Shown one piece after another: positions 34,098-46,986 of a DNA stretch of 64,000 nucleotides; the stretch's first letter is position 1, and the number at the start of each line of letters is the position of its first letter. The stretch comes from Dimorphilus gyrociliatus (lineage: Eukaryota; Animalia; Annelida): the NCBI GenBank assembly GCA_904063045.1, contig CAJFCJ010000014.1, forward strand, positions 310,001 to 374,000, given 5' to 3'. Below the pieces are notes generated by a model. It saw only the letters and a list, made by a program, of their open reading frames with translations. It was not told where the DNA came from and searched no databases. The position numbers were made by a program, and so were the translations under genes.

Positions 34098-36068
34098 ATG
34101 GCAAGTTATTCGAGCGATAGTTCCACACCACCGAGTTCTCCTCAATGGAAGGTTGATTCATTTTCCGAGACGAATGATCAACGGCGTCTATGCAAGATAT
34201 GTCTTAAACAATGGGATTCAAAAAATGCTAGAAAATTGGCGTGCATGCACGTCTTTCACGAAGAGTGTCTTAATTCGCAAGCCACTATTAAGTCTACAAC
34301 GTTCGTCTGTCCAGTTTGTTCCACAAGGGTAGCTTGGCCCAAAACTGGAGCTTCAAGCCTCATTAAACACGATGACAATTCGTGTTGTATAAACTATTCT
34401 GACAGTTTTATAGGTAAGTTATTAAACGAAGGATGAGAAGAGAAGAGATTTACAATCATGATTATCTTTTTCTTCTTTTCCTTCTCCTTTCGTGTTTCGA
34501 ATAAAAAAAAAATTATAAATAACCAAATAGTAGTAAAAATTGGCATTCTTCTATTATTTACTAATTGAGAATAATGATGTCGTTTATTCTAGAAATAGAC
34601 ATAAATTGATTGTATAAAAAGTATTAAAATTTAATTATTTGTCCTTCTTTTGTTACATAACAACTATTTAGGTGTTAAGCTCTTAAGCTATTTCATCTAT
34701 TCTATTCTCTTTCTAGACGAGCCATCACCAAAATTTCGTTGTAGTTTAAATGATAGAAAAGTTGTTGATATGGTCTGCATAACTTGCAATTATGAACCTA
34801 TTTGTAGTGGGTGCATTTCAAAGCATTCGGGTAAAGGTCATCACTCAATTGCTATGGAGGAAAAGTTCAATTACATACATAATTTTCAGCACGAATGTAT
34901 GGAAACTATTGAAAAATTAGATTCGCTTATTGATGAAGAAAAAACAATTTTACACAGTGAAATTGATGTTTGTATTGAAAATGCCAAAGAAAAACTCTTA
35001 CAACAAAAAGAACAATTCATTCAACAATTGAATGATGTTTATGATAAGAAAATAACTGAATGTAGGAATATTGCATTGATACACGAATGCGATACTCTTT
35101 CTATCACTCCTTCCATTGAACGAAGTATTCAGGATAAATTGGAGCAGATGTCTATTCAAGTGAATAATTCACTTTGTACATTTGAAAAATTCCCCATAAA
35201 ACAATGCGCATCCATTAAAACTGTACCAGAGGGCAGCACCACTCAGAAGACGGCGACGCTTGGTAGGAACAAAAAGTTGTCGTTTTATTTTCAACGATTT
35301 GAGGTCTTTGACGACGATTACGTTACCAAAGTTAAAGAATTATTTGTTGATAGGAGTCGAATATATTTGTTATCCGAATCAGTAATAGGTGGCGCCACAA
35401 TACACAAAGTAGTGGCTTTCGATCATGCTCTAAAGGAGAGTCACACAATCATTTCGAGAGAAGGTGAATTAAGGGGTTTTACATCGGACGGAAAATGGAA
35501 TTATTTGATTGATGTTGAGGATGAATCGATTATAAGATGTAAAACAACCGAATTGGGCAGTGAAATCTTTTTTAAATCCTTTTTTAGGGCTGAAGGAGCG
35601 AAATCTTTGGTATTTTATAGTCAAGATAATTTAATAATTATCATTAGAAAGAACAGTGTGTTATGTCTAAAACAGTCGGGAGAGGTTAGCCAAGTGAATA
35701 TAGATATCGATGGTGCGAATATGACATACGGGATCTTCTGTCCCCTTAAATCAGAGATATTTATAATAGATTCCGGGCCATCAAATTGTCTTAGAGTATT
35801 TGATCCAATAAGAAAAAGCTTTCTACAAAGTTATACGCCAATTAATCCGCTATCCACTTATTGTATTGGAATTTATAAGCAGTTTTTATTGGCACCAACT
35901 GGACGTTCAATGCTCTCTATTGATCTTTTAAGAAGGGACGAAATACGTGTACCGGAACTATTAAGAGAAGAATCACAGTATATCTTTGTTTACGGTAACA
36001 AAGTTTTCCTCTTGAGCAACGCTCCTAACGGATTTAAAATACAAACTTATTTAATAAGGGTCGAATAG
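34098..36068 (+). CDS. TRIM-like protein: RING, B-box-like, coiled coil, probable C-terminal beta-propeller; ~555 aa
   Basis: Exons 34098-34413 and 34717-36068 (phase 1). RING CKIC..CMHVFHEEC..CPVC, B-box-like CSLN..CITC..ICSGC..H..H, helical Q/E/K-rich stretch, then beta-strand-rich repeats. Confidence 0.75.
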
Positions 36069-36544
36069 ACAAGTTTGTCGAACAAAACAAGATAGAATTG
36101 GCAATTTTATTAAGTTAAAATATAAGCACAATATGGCTATAGTATAGTTATATCAAACTCTTTTTAATGCATTAAAATTATCAAATCATTTGAATAAAGC
36201 GCTTATAATTAATCTTATAATACGCTAAGATATATATGTATAATGTATATACTCTGTCTGTCTCTTCCTCCCTCTCTCTCTCTCTTCTCTCTTTTCCTCG
36301 TTTTCTTTCAAAAAGAACGTTCACCTCATGACATAAACAAAATAATGTATTGAGTTATATAGAGCTCTCTTGTAAATATGATAGTAAGATTATCTTTGTC
36401 TTTCAAATATGCTTAATTCTTTTTCTTCTCTTGTTTCATGCTTTTAGCCTCTTTTCCTTTATGTAACAAGATATTATGACTACGAAATACTTAAGTTGTA
36501 AGCAATCTTGTTGACGTCTAAAACATAAAATGAAAAATAGAGAA

Positions 36545-36552
36545 GAGAGAGG

Positions 36553-36628
<76 letters not shown>
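36545..36628. repeat. Compound (GA)n/(GACA)n microsatellite between the TRIM-like gene and TMEM163
   Basis: Direct reading. Confidence 0.9.
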
Positions 36629-36631
<3 letters not shown>

Positions 36632-37028
36632 CGTAACAGATATAGAGGAAAAGATAAAAGGGAGACAAAAAGAGATAACAAAATAATAATACTAGAATAT
36701 TTTTGATAAGATAAGGATGGAAAAATGAAAATAAAATTGTAATTTTTGCAATTTTCTTTCCTTCCTAAAAATTAACTATAGGAAAGTTTAATAAACGAAT
36801 CTTTAATCATAAATTCCAGAGACATTTTCCAGAATAATCATAATAATAATAATCATAAATTGATATTCATAAATACGGTTTTTAATCCTTTAAATCTTTT
36901 TTTTTATGTTTTTACTTTTCCCTTTCTTTTCCTTCTTTAATTATAATGTGGCATTTTTCCAATTATCATCGTCCATTCTCTTCTTTTTCCCTATCCTTCT
37001 CTACTTTCTTCTCTTTAATAATTTAAAT

Positions 37029-37793
37029 TCAATTATATTCATTATAGTTGTCTTTCGCTTTCGCTTTCTTGGACAAGTTAATAATGAGTAGTCTCATTCC
37101 CCAAATTGTAAATAGTAGAGCGCTAACGTAAGATACAATAGCATCAACGTACCAAATACTAGGATTTTTTTTGTACAACGCTTCATTGATAACAATGGAA
37201 AAAGCCATAAGAGATTCAATGAAACTGTTAAAGGCGTCTGTTGTAACGGCTTCGGATTCTAAATATTTACCAATAAAATATTTACCAACAGCCAACATAA
37301 TACATACTGAACCGTTTATTGCCGATATAATTTCAACAGACGAGTTTTCCAACGGTTTCTTAGATTTACCTAATGCGTACGATGTCTTTGAAATAATTAC
37401 TAATGAAGAGATATTGAATATTACTCCCAATGCTATACAGGCCAGTCTTTCTCTTCTTGAATTGTATAGACTGTAATTGCCACCAGACCCGTATCTCCAG
37501 ATAACAATAGCTGATGACACGCAATCTAATAGAGCTGCTAGACCAAATGCAAAGCTAGCCGAATTATTTTGACTAATTGATATATAGAAAGTTGCAATAC
37601 TAAGTAGTATTAAAAAAACAATGGTAGCATAGCTTATAGATAGAGCAGCAATTCTGAATTTTGCTGCTTGGTAAAGAGTTAAAGAATGTTTTCTGTCAAA
37701 TATTCCATCAGCTCTTGAATCATTATCACTAGAACATTTACTCTTATCTTTATCATTAACATTATCTTTACCAATTTCTTGTAATTCTGCCAT
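37029..37793 (-). CDS. TMEM163: Transmembrane protein 163 (ZnT/CDF-related zinc transporter), single coding exon, 254 aa
   Basis: Six TM helices. SASFAFGLAALLDCVSSAIVIWRY, RERLACIALGVIF, KYFIGKYLESEAVTTDAFNS and WYVDAIVS match TMEM163 as I recall it. Confidence 0.88.
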   Translation of the reverse strand: MAELQEIGKDNVNDKDKSKCSSDNDSRADGIFDRKHSLTLYQAAKFRIAALSISYATIVFLILLSIATFYISISQNNSASFAFGLAALLDCVSSAIVIWRYGSGGNYSLYNSRRERLACIALGVIFNISSLVIISKTSYALGKSKKPLENSSVEIISAINGSVCIMLAVGKYFIGKYLESEAVTTDAFNSFIESLMAFSIVINEALYKKNPSIWYVDAIVSYVSALLFTIWGMRLLIINLSKKAKAKDNYNEYN

Positions 37794-39438
37794 TATTTAT
37801 TTACAATTTCTCCAGAATATTAGGGCGAATAATCCTTAGGAAAAACGCTTCTCCAGTTTTCTTTGAATACTGTGCTTGAACAGAAATTTCATGATACATT
37901 TATATAAAATGTTGAAAGAGTTTTTTGTATATTAAAATGTTAATGTACAATTTACATTAAAAAGTTCTGTATATACAGGATGTATATATCTAATATATAT
38001 ATACGTACATGTATATTATATGCTTGCATATGAACATATAATACTTCCTTACCTTTCCAAGCTGTGGCATTAATCGTCTAATTTTTAAAAATAAACAAAG
38101 TTAGTTGTTTCAGCATGTTTTAACGGCACCCGTATTAAGAAAATTAAGCCTCTTCCTAGACAATATTGATCTAATTCATACATGCTCTTAATGTGCTTTT
38201 TTTTATATTTGTTGTACGCCTATTTTACTCTTATATTAGAATATTCATAGTATTAATGATACTTTTTGATTTGATCTTCATTATAGCCTTACGTAACTAT
38301 GATCTACCTAATCAAAGAAGTTTGGTTTATACGTAGTTAACTACGTATTCTATAGACTCAAGTAAACATAAGAGTCGATTATTTTTTTGAAGCCTTTCGT
38401 GAGGGTCAAGTTCATTTATAGATCTTACTCCCTTATCTTTCTTTGCCAACATCTTTTTCGTGTTCGTTTCATTGTCCCCTTAAAGATGTTCTGTTCCCTT
38501 TGCGTCTAAGATAGCTATATTGAATTGAGAGAATTTTCTTTATTTCTACTATTCATTACATTCAATACGACAATATCAGATCAAGTTTAGAATTGCTGAG
38601 AAAGAGGAAAATAAACAGCATTTGGTATTATTATATTAATAACACAATTAATATCGGTAATAAAAATACTTAAAAAGTTGGTTATTGAAACCGATAATAG
38701 CAAATTGTTATTATTGGTTTACTTGAAAATATCAATATCTCTGTTTCGGATAAAAGATAACAAAGGGAGAAAATATATTATTGATACTCTCTTCTTCTTA
38801 CTGAATAAGGAGAATAAGTTGCTTGTATCATCACGTCCTAAATTTCAACAATATTCAATATACTGTATATTTTTAATGTACAAGTGCAACACGTCAATGT
38901 AAAAGTAATTAATTAATTGGTTAATTATCTTATAGTCATAGAATATGTTCATTTTTCTTTTGGATAAACAACAAAGAGTGCATGAATAATACCGTATTAA
39001 GATTAAGAAAGAAAGGGAAGATGGAGAGAAAATCCGCGATTTTTTTATATGAGCCCTTTTTAAATATTGTTCTTTTAGTTATTCGTCTATTCTCTAATCG
39101 TCTACTGTTTCATTTAACTACTTCGTGAGCCGACACCCCATTACTCACTTTTCCTTTATTGTTATTGTTATGATAAGAACCCATTTTTTAGCGTTTTTTT
39201 TCTAAATCCTATTTGTCTATATAAAAATAAATAGAACTATAGATGGCACTTTAATCATACTTTCTATTTTTTACTCAGGTTGAATGCTACACATAATAAA
39301 CTGCTATAAATAATGGTACGAAACTGGGGTAAAAACCCGTTCTCGCTGTAAGCGTGACTTGCAAAATATTTTGATACTTAAACTTGACTTGATTAAGATA
39401 GGATTCATTTTCCTTCTTAGTCTTGTGTCAAAAGCACT

Positions 39439-42276
39439 ATGAAATTTTATATATTTTTAGCAGTTACCTGTTTGTTGGTGGAAGGTAATGTTTTTGTTTA
39501 TCATATTCTATCATTTATTTACCCTGTGTACGTTACTGATTAAAGCTATCAAGCTACTCAACTATCGACTTAATAGAATGTTATCTAATGATTTATTCTT
39601 ATTATTTTTCCAGTAAATGCACAGTATTATGGCAAGTTTATTGGAGCTTTGAAGCAATTAACAAACGACTATTTTATTGCTGGTACAGTCTATGCAGCAG
39701 ACGAGAACCATTTGTATATTGAAAATTTTGAACACGATGGTAAAGGGCCAGGTAAGAGAATTTTCTTAATTATAAGAACGTATTCCTGTTTAATTCGAAA
39801 TGTAAAAGAAAACAAATTAAAGAATATAGACAGATTAGTCGCTTTTTCGCACCTGAAAATTAGAAAGTCTTAAAGTCGGTATTCGAAGAATCCTTTTGCG
39901 AAGCAGGATGTTAAAAAAAATACTATCACGAATGGTTAAATGAAAAGCTTACTGCGTAGACTCATTGTATTTTTACCAGTTGAATAAGAAAACTATAATG
40001 AATACTATTGTCCAATATTAATCAATATATTTATGCCAGCACCATGGTTTAATGGTACTTGATCAATTAATATGTCTCTAAATAATGTCTTGTAGGAAAT
40101 TCTTGTCCAATATTTGTGCTAATATCTTATTAAAGATTTTACAAATTTTAGGTGTTAGATTCTGGGTCGGTAAAGTAAATGGAGGTGCAGATATGAACGC
40201 AATTCTAAACAATGGCGTCGCCTTATTGGATGAAAATGGAAGGTAAATAATGAAATTCGTATGCTAGAATTTCCATATACTGTACATATATCTGCATTAC
40301 ATTACATATCCTTCGTGATATTTTAATAATCAGAACTGAAGATACATACATTCACCATTTTATATATAGATTCTTATAGATGCTTTTTCTTTTAAAATAG
40401 CGATAAACCCATTAAAAAGTATGATAAGAAGACTATCTATTTGACTTTACCTATTGGAATCAAATTTAAGGATGTCAAATATTTTTCAATTTGGTGTGAT
40501 ACTGCCAATGTTAACTTTGGACATGTTGAAATTCCATCAAATTTAGATGTTCCTGTTAAACGTCAACTCGGTTCATTTGGTTTTTCGCCTGCAAAAAGTG
40601 GCGTCAAAGCTGAAGATGTTATTTTGGAAGCTATACAAACTATTCTCGTTAAGAAATTTGAATTTTCCGGAGGTGATAACGTATTTTTCGGTCTTATGTC
40701 CGGAGATTATACAAAACCTGACCAAGTTAAATTGGCTACAAAGATCTCGGATAGTTTATTAGCGTCTAATCAGGCTGACAAACTTTTGAAATTACCTATT
40801 GGTATCGATGTTAGAAACTTTAAAAATTTTATCGTCTACAATTCCCAAACTAACGAGGTTTATGGTAAAAAAGACATTCCTTCCGGCTTGAATATACCAC
40901 CGAAATCATCTACGACAACAGTTCTGCCCTCTAACGAACACTGCAAGCAAATTACAGATGATGTAGCTGTCTTCTATAAAGTTGATGGTTTAGATTTGGT
41001 TGTGACGGTAGATGGCGTCTTAGCCGATGACAATTACATTGCGTTCGGTATCAGTGGTTCATCTACCGGAACGCAAATGGTTGGTGGTGATGTTGTCGCC
41101 GTCTACATGGACAATGGTAATGCGAGAGCGATTGATTATTACCTTTCTTCTAAAGCTCAATGTAGCGCCGGAAAGGGGGTCTGTCCGGACAACGACGGTG
41201 CAACCGCTCAAAATAATGTTGAATTAATATCCGGTAAGAAAGAGAACGGGAGAGTAAAAATTCAATACAAGAGAAAATTATCAACTGGAGATAATGAATT
41301 CGATAAAGATATATCGAAAAACCAGGATGTGCAGTTTATCTGGGCGAAAGGACCATATAATGCTCAAAAGCAGATTCTTTATCATTCCGAAAGGAGTGGA
41401 TTTGCAAGCAATTTGGCTACTGTCAAATCCGATTGTAAGCAAACAACCAAACCATCAACAGCACCTCCAAAAGGATTTGAAGAAATAACTATTTCTGATA
41501 CTACAGAATTTGAAGTTACTCTGGGATCTAGCGGAGGAGAACAAGGTTACAAAGCAATTACTAAAACCAACTCATGGGGTATAGCTTATTATATTAACGG
41601 AAAGCTTATTCCTGTATTAAAATTGAATCCGAACGTCCTGTATACTTTTAATATATTAACCGGAAATAATACTGACGTCGACCCAGAATATCATCCGTTC
41701 TATATTACTAATGATCCTAAAGGCAACTATAGAGCTTATGACGAAAATCAAAGAAAGGTAAGTTATCTCTTATCCTGTCTACCTTGATTTATGAAGAAAG
41801 CTTTATAAAAAAAATCCTTTTTTTCCCCCCTTATAGGATATCAAAATATACGCCGGTTTAGACGCTAACGGCAAACCAATTCCATCTGCCCTTGGTACTT
41901 ATTGTTCATACAAGAAAAAGGACGGCGTACAACCAAAGGTTTACGATAGCTTTCCAAGTTTTTCAGAGGACTTGAAAAAAGTATGCAGACACGATCCACC
42001 GATAAAAGGTCAATTTAAATTTACGCCAACATCCGATTTAGTTGGAAAAGAATTATATTATCAGGTAAAAAATAAAACAAAGCTTAATTGATTAATTAAT
42101 AAAAGTTTAACTAATGTAAATCTATTCTCCAGTGCTACGCTCACAATAACCTGGGATGGAAGATTGTTGTCGGTAATTCATCAGAATCATCATGTTCAAA
42201 ATTAACATCGTCATTAAGCGGAATTGTGCTATCAATATTTACATTTACTTGCCTGAATCTTATCAAACTCTTTTAA
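39439..42276 (+). CDS. Skeletor: Skeletor-like secreted/GPI-anchored DM13-DM13-DOMON protein, ~667 aa
   Basis: Exons 39439-39484 (signal peptide), 39614-39751, 40152-40242, 40401-41757, 41837-42064, 42133-42276. YYGKFIG..GTVYAADEN..DGKGP (DM13), FSIWCDTANVNFG, DOMON YIAFGISG..QMVGGDVV..WAKG..YH, YHPFYIT, YYQCYAHNNLGWKI, and a hydrophobic C-terminus after a Ser-rich spacer. Confidence 0.88.
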
Positions 42277-43019
42277 ATTAAACGTAATACAATTAATGTT
42301 TATTACTGATATTATTAACTTTTAGAAATGTTAACTTTTGCTATTGTCCCTTTGTATTACTGTGTTATTTGTTTTCATGTTAACACGTCTTTTGTGGCAA
42401 ATGAGCCTTTTCATGTAAAACTTTTTAGAGTTATACCGTATATGGTTTTTAAAAGAACTTAGTGGAGAAGGAAGAGAAAGAGAGGTGAATAATCAAAAAA
42501 GATGAATATTTTATAATTTAAATAAATACCTTGAAAAACCATACGTTTTGTTGCATCTTATTACTATTAAAGTTCTCTTTTGAACGAAATTTATTTAGGC
42601 CTATAGTTATTTTTAGGGGCTATAAAAGACATATAAATCGAATATTCACTCGAATTTCTCCAAGTGTAAGATAGAATTTCGTTAATTAAGTTCTCGTATG
42701 ATTTTTTATAAATCTACTTGATTTACGTGTTTAATTTAATTGGGTGAGAATTGAAAGAATGAGGTGAAGGAGGAGGAGGAGGAACACAAGAACAAGCGGA
42801 TAAAAAGAAACAACTAATTGTAGTAGAAAGGCGAATATATATAAAATAGACACCAATGTACAAATGCATACAAATATAAACGATTGCAAGTACAACACAA
42901 GCACAGTTAATTAATATTAAACATACTGTTAATATAGAAATTATATATACTAACTTTTTTCTTTCTTTTCCTTGTAAATAAAAAGTTGTAAAGATAAAAG
43001 AAAATGTAAAATATGAAAG

Positions 43020-43054
<35 letters not shown>

Positions 43055-45200
43055 TCTGTCGAATCTTGCAGTAAAATTTATATGAGAGTGTTTAAAAATA
43101 AAGTAATATATGAAATATAAGAAAATTGTTATATGATCAATTAATATTTTTAAAAAGACTGATTTTTAAATGGAAAAATTAACGAACGTTTATTGTTATT
43201 TAATATCTATTAAATTAAAATTTCTGCTTTATGTTCCATTAGAATATATATATATTCTTTTATATTGATTTTCCTAACTAATTTGTAAGAAGAGATCCGG
43301 TTTGAATGCTTTATAAGGAACGCCTGTCCGTTCATAAAATCATTCAGCAGTTAGCTCGATTCAAATCAGAAGAGGTTAGATCTTTCTCTCATAAAGATAT
43401 CTAACCACCCCCGCCTACTCCACCTACAACTACCTCGAATTTTGAAGAGAACTGGCCTCCCAGGTAAATAAATTTATTCTTCTTTCATTGGCTATTTTGA
43501 AATTTTTTTTCAATTTGTTATTCAATATTATTCAAGCAATAAACGGCTGTAGGTCGTCTGTTTTATATTATATTCTCTTTTCTTTTATCTTTTAAGACTA
43601 GTGCTTCTTTTCTTTCTTTCTCTTCCCACTATATATTCTATACAGTATATATATATATATATTAAATTTCTCTCTCTCTCTCTCTGCACTCTGGTCAAGA
43701 TTTATAAACTGACAAGCTCTTTTATAGAAACTTGAACGTGTTTTAGAAAATGTCGATGATTCGAATTTTCTGGTATTCAACAAAGATTTTTAAAATTTCA
43801 TTTCAATACGGCAAATTCTTTTCTTGCTTTGCTTACAAACTGAAGAGGGAGAGATAAGTTAAAGAGCGCCAGAAAGGAAGAGAGAAAGAGGATAAAGATA
43901 AAAAAATGAATAGTTTTATTCCTTATTGAACGCTTATTCAAGAAGAAAAATCTTTTATTTAAATGTTTTTTTATATTGTTGTTTAACAGTTTCCCGATTT
44001 TGAATAACGGTAATAACGGCTATTAGATTTGGACTAACGCATGCGCAATTTATGGGCCGAATTTCATATTCCCGCCATCAACAGTATATAACGAGAAGTA
44101 AACCGCTTCCTTTTTAAAACTAAATTGTCGATTAAAAAGGTAAGATATCCTTATTTCTTTTATAAATTGAGTGTTAAGTAATTGTTGGTCTTTTCTTATT
44201 GACCCTATTAAAATATCTTTTAAATAGGCCTAATGGCTATCGTATTACAACATACTCTTCGTCAGTGTCAAATTCAACGATATAGGTTTACCGCATTATT
44301 TAAAAAAAGAAAAAATATGTGACTGGGAGTGAACGTTTAACGTAAAATAAGACCAGTTTTTAGTTAGATACTATATAAATCTTGGTAAAAATGATATATG
44401 ATATTAATGGTCTTTCTTCTTCCTCCTCTTTCCTGTATTTTCTCCCATTTTCTATATATAACTTAGAAAAAGAACAGGTAAGTAAGGAAAGTTTAAAATA
44501 TCTGTTAAAAAGGAATTCATTGAATATATAAGGAGTGCCTAGATTGCGACTATTATTTACTAGAACACATTATTTACCATATTAAACAATGTTGGATAAA
44601 ATAATATTGAGAAAAGAGAATAATAACAATTCATAGAGATTATTTGGAGGTGAAACTTATCATTTTCTGACTTTCTTTGGTTATCTAGCTGTATGAGTGA
44701 GAGAGTACATCATAAAGCTAGGTTACCAAAGTCAAGAGGAAAACGGCTTACATCAAAACAAAAACCTTTCCTGCTCATTTTCTCTTATCATCTCTACTAT
44801 AAATTCATCGAAAAATATTTATAATAGTCATTTAAATAATTGAATGAGATCCCTTTCTTTATTCGAAATAATAAACCGTATTTTTCTAAACGATTCAAAG
44901 ATAAAAACTTTTTATTTTTAATTGGAAAAAGATTTTTTTTTCTATTCAAGTGAATTGAATTCTCTTTCTTTATCTCTCTCTCTCTCTCTTTGCAACTAAA
45001 CCAGTTTTCTTTCTCTTTAGAAAGTTACTGTTTAAAAAAAACTAAATACTCCTATTGGTTATAGATTATAAGCGATAACCGATATCGGTAGAGAACCGTA
45101 TTTAAGGATTTCTCCGCCTGTTCAAAACGTTATTCAATCCAAAAATTATTGGGAAATCTATCTATTGACAGTAGTATTTTTGTATTGAAAATAAATATTA

Positions 45201-46397
45201 CTATAGAGTTTTAAACATTTCTATGGTTTTTGGATATAACAATTCACCCAAACTGATTGAAATGCATTTATCGTCTGCTTTTAATCCCATACCATGTTGC
45301 GACGATTTTACAATTCTACCATCTACCTTTACTGCTGTTACACCTTTTCCATTAGCTTGAACCGGTTCAAAGAATTGATATTGTTTTTTTGAGATTTCTC
45401 CGAAAATTCCTCCGTGAAGTTTGTCGAATATACCATCCTTTGCTGTAGATTTATCAATCTTAACATTCAAAAAGCTCTCTCCGTATTCTTGTTTTATTCT
45501 AAATACGCCAAAGTTCAACTTCCTTATTCCATTTTCGTATTCGATGGATATATCTTTTCCGTTCAATCTTACAAACAGTCTCCAATTTGGATCACTGTCC
45601 TTAATAGTAATACTCTGACTATTATTCCAGTCTATGATCTCGTTAGATGGTAGCGATACATGAGTAGTATTAATAGCAACTTTTCCCAATTTACTACTCA
45701 AAATAACTCTGCCAATATAGTAGTCGTCTCGAAGTTCAATCTGCACTGATCCACCTAAATTTTAAAATATTATATATTTAATAATCTTATGCTTATATTA
45801 TTATAGACATAACCTAATTCCAAATCCGAGATAATCTCATATTTTTCCAGGGATTTACCATACAAATCATAGCAGATAATATTTTTTACTTTCCCAAAAT
45901 TATCATCTGTTCCTTCTACACTTTGACTGAAGTGAGGATCTCTACAAATTACCAATTGGTCTTTGACGAAAACCTTTATTCGTGAAACTAACAGCTCCTC
46001 TTCTAAGCTATCTTCGCAAATTATGAAAAATTCATAAGAGTAATCAGAGCATAAAAGGCTATCTGCAAAAGTTGTTAACTCTGCTTCCATGTCGAAAGCA
46101 TCGCCGACGTTGAATATTTTTGGATTTGTTTGAATGACAGCATGAGTATTAATAGCACCAAATTCACAAATGCCCTGTTTTGAAAATTTTGGGAATTTTA
46201 CCCCAAACTTAATCGTTTGACCTTCAAACGTCGATAACGCACCCTTCAAAAATCCTCCTTCTGTATTATGGATAGATTATATTTATATATACATATATTA
46301 ATATATAACAGATAAATTTACCTTTCGCCAATCCCAATTGAAGTAGTAAGGAAACTGCTATCAATGACTGCACAGAAAAAATTATTGACTGTTTCAT
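45201..46397 (-). CDS. Secreted ~358-aa protein with an inter-alpha-trypsin inhibitor heavy-chain C-terminal (ITI_HC_C-like) domain but no VIT/vWA
   Basis: Exons 46397-46322 (signal peptide MKQSIIFSVQSLIAVSLLLQLGLAK), 46260-45814, 45754-45201, in phase. DPHF..ICYDL..IISDLELG..YYIG..HGGIFGEI follows the ITIH C-terminal pattern (DPHF..CF..LI.D..G..YFG..HGLLGQF). Confidence 0.68.
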
Positions 46398-46986
46398 TGC
46401 ATTTGCCTTTCCCGTCTCCTTGCTCCAGTTAGCATAGACTACTTCGATAGCCTGATTACACAGTTATTTATAGAGGTTTTGCCAAATAAAAAACAGGAAC
46501 AACAACACAAAAAATATCCTAATTAGGAGTTAACAGTACTTATTAAACTTGTATTCTAATGTGTTCTACTCAAGCTGAATTTCATAAAAGGACATCCGAA
46601 CCTCTTTAAAATTTGGCAAACTAAATATCAAAATCTATAAATAGAATTTACTGTATTATGTATAATTAAAAGTAGAATTCTTAAGAAAATGCCATTCCAG
46701 CTATCTCAGTGATACGAATAACTAAAATAACTAAAATAGTTAATGTAACCTAATTAGATAGTTCAGTAAACATTTTTTTAAAAGTGTTTTTGTCAAGAAA
46801 AAGGACATTTTTTGCTGTTTTTTATCTGTTTCGTATAAATATTTTGATAGTTTTGTATTTTCTTTGTAAAATAATAATCTTTATGCTTAAATATATAAAA
46901 TAAATACAAGTTTTGTTACATTTGTATAGTAATATAAATTAGTCCTCATCGATTCTTTCCTCTCTCTCTCTCTCTCTCTCTCTCTT

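Noticed and set aside
33988-34332. 114-aa ORF overlapping the RING exon
   Set aside because: Shifted frame of the TRIM-like exon; no independent features.
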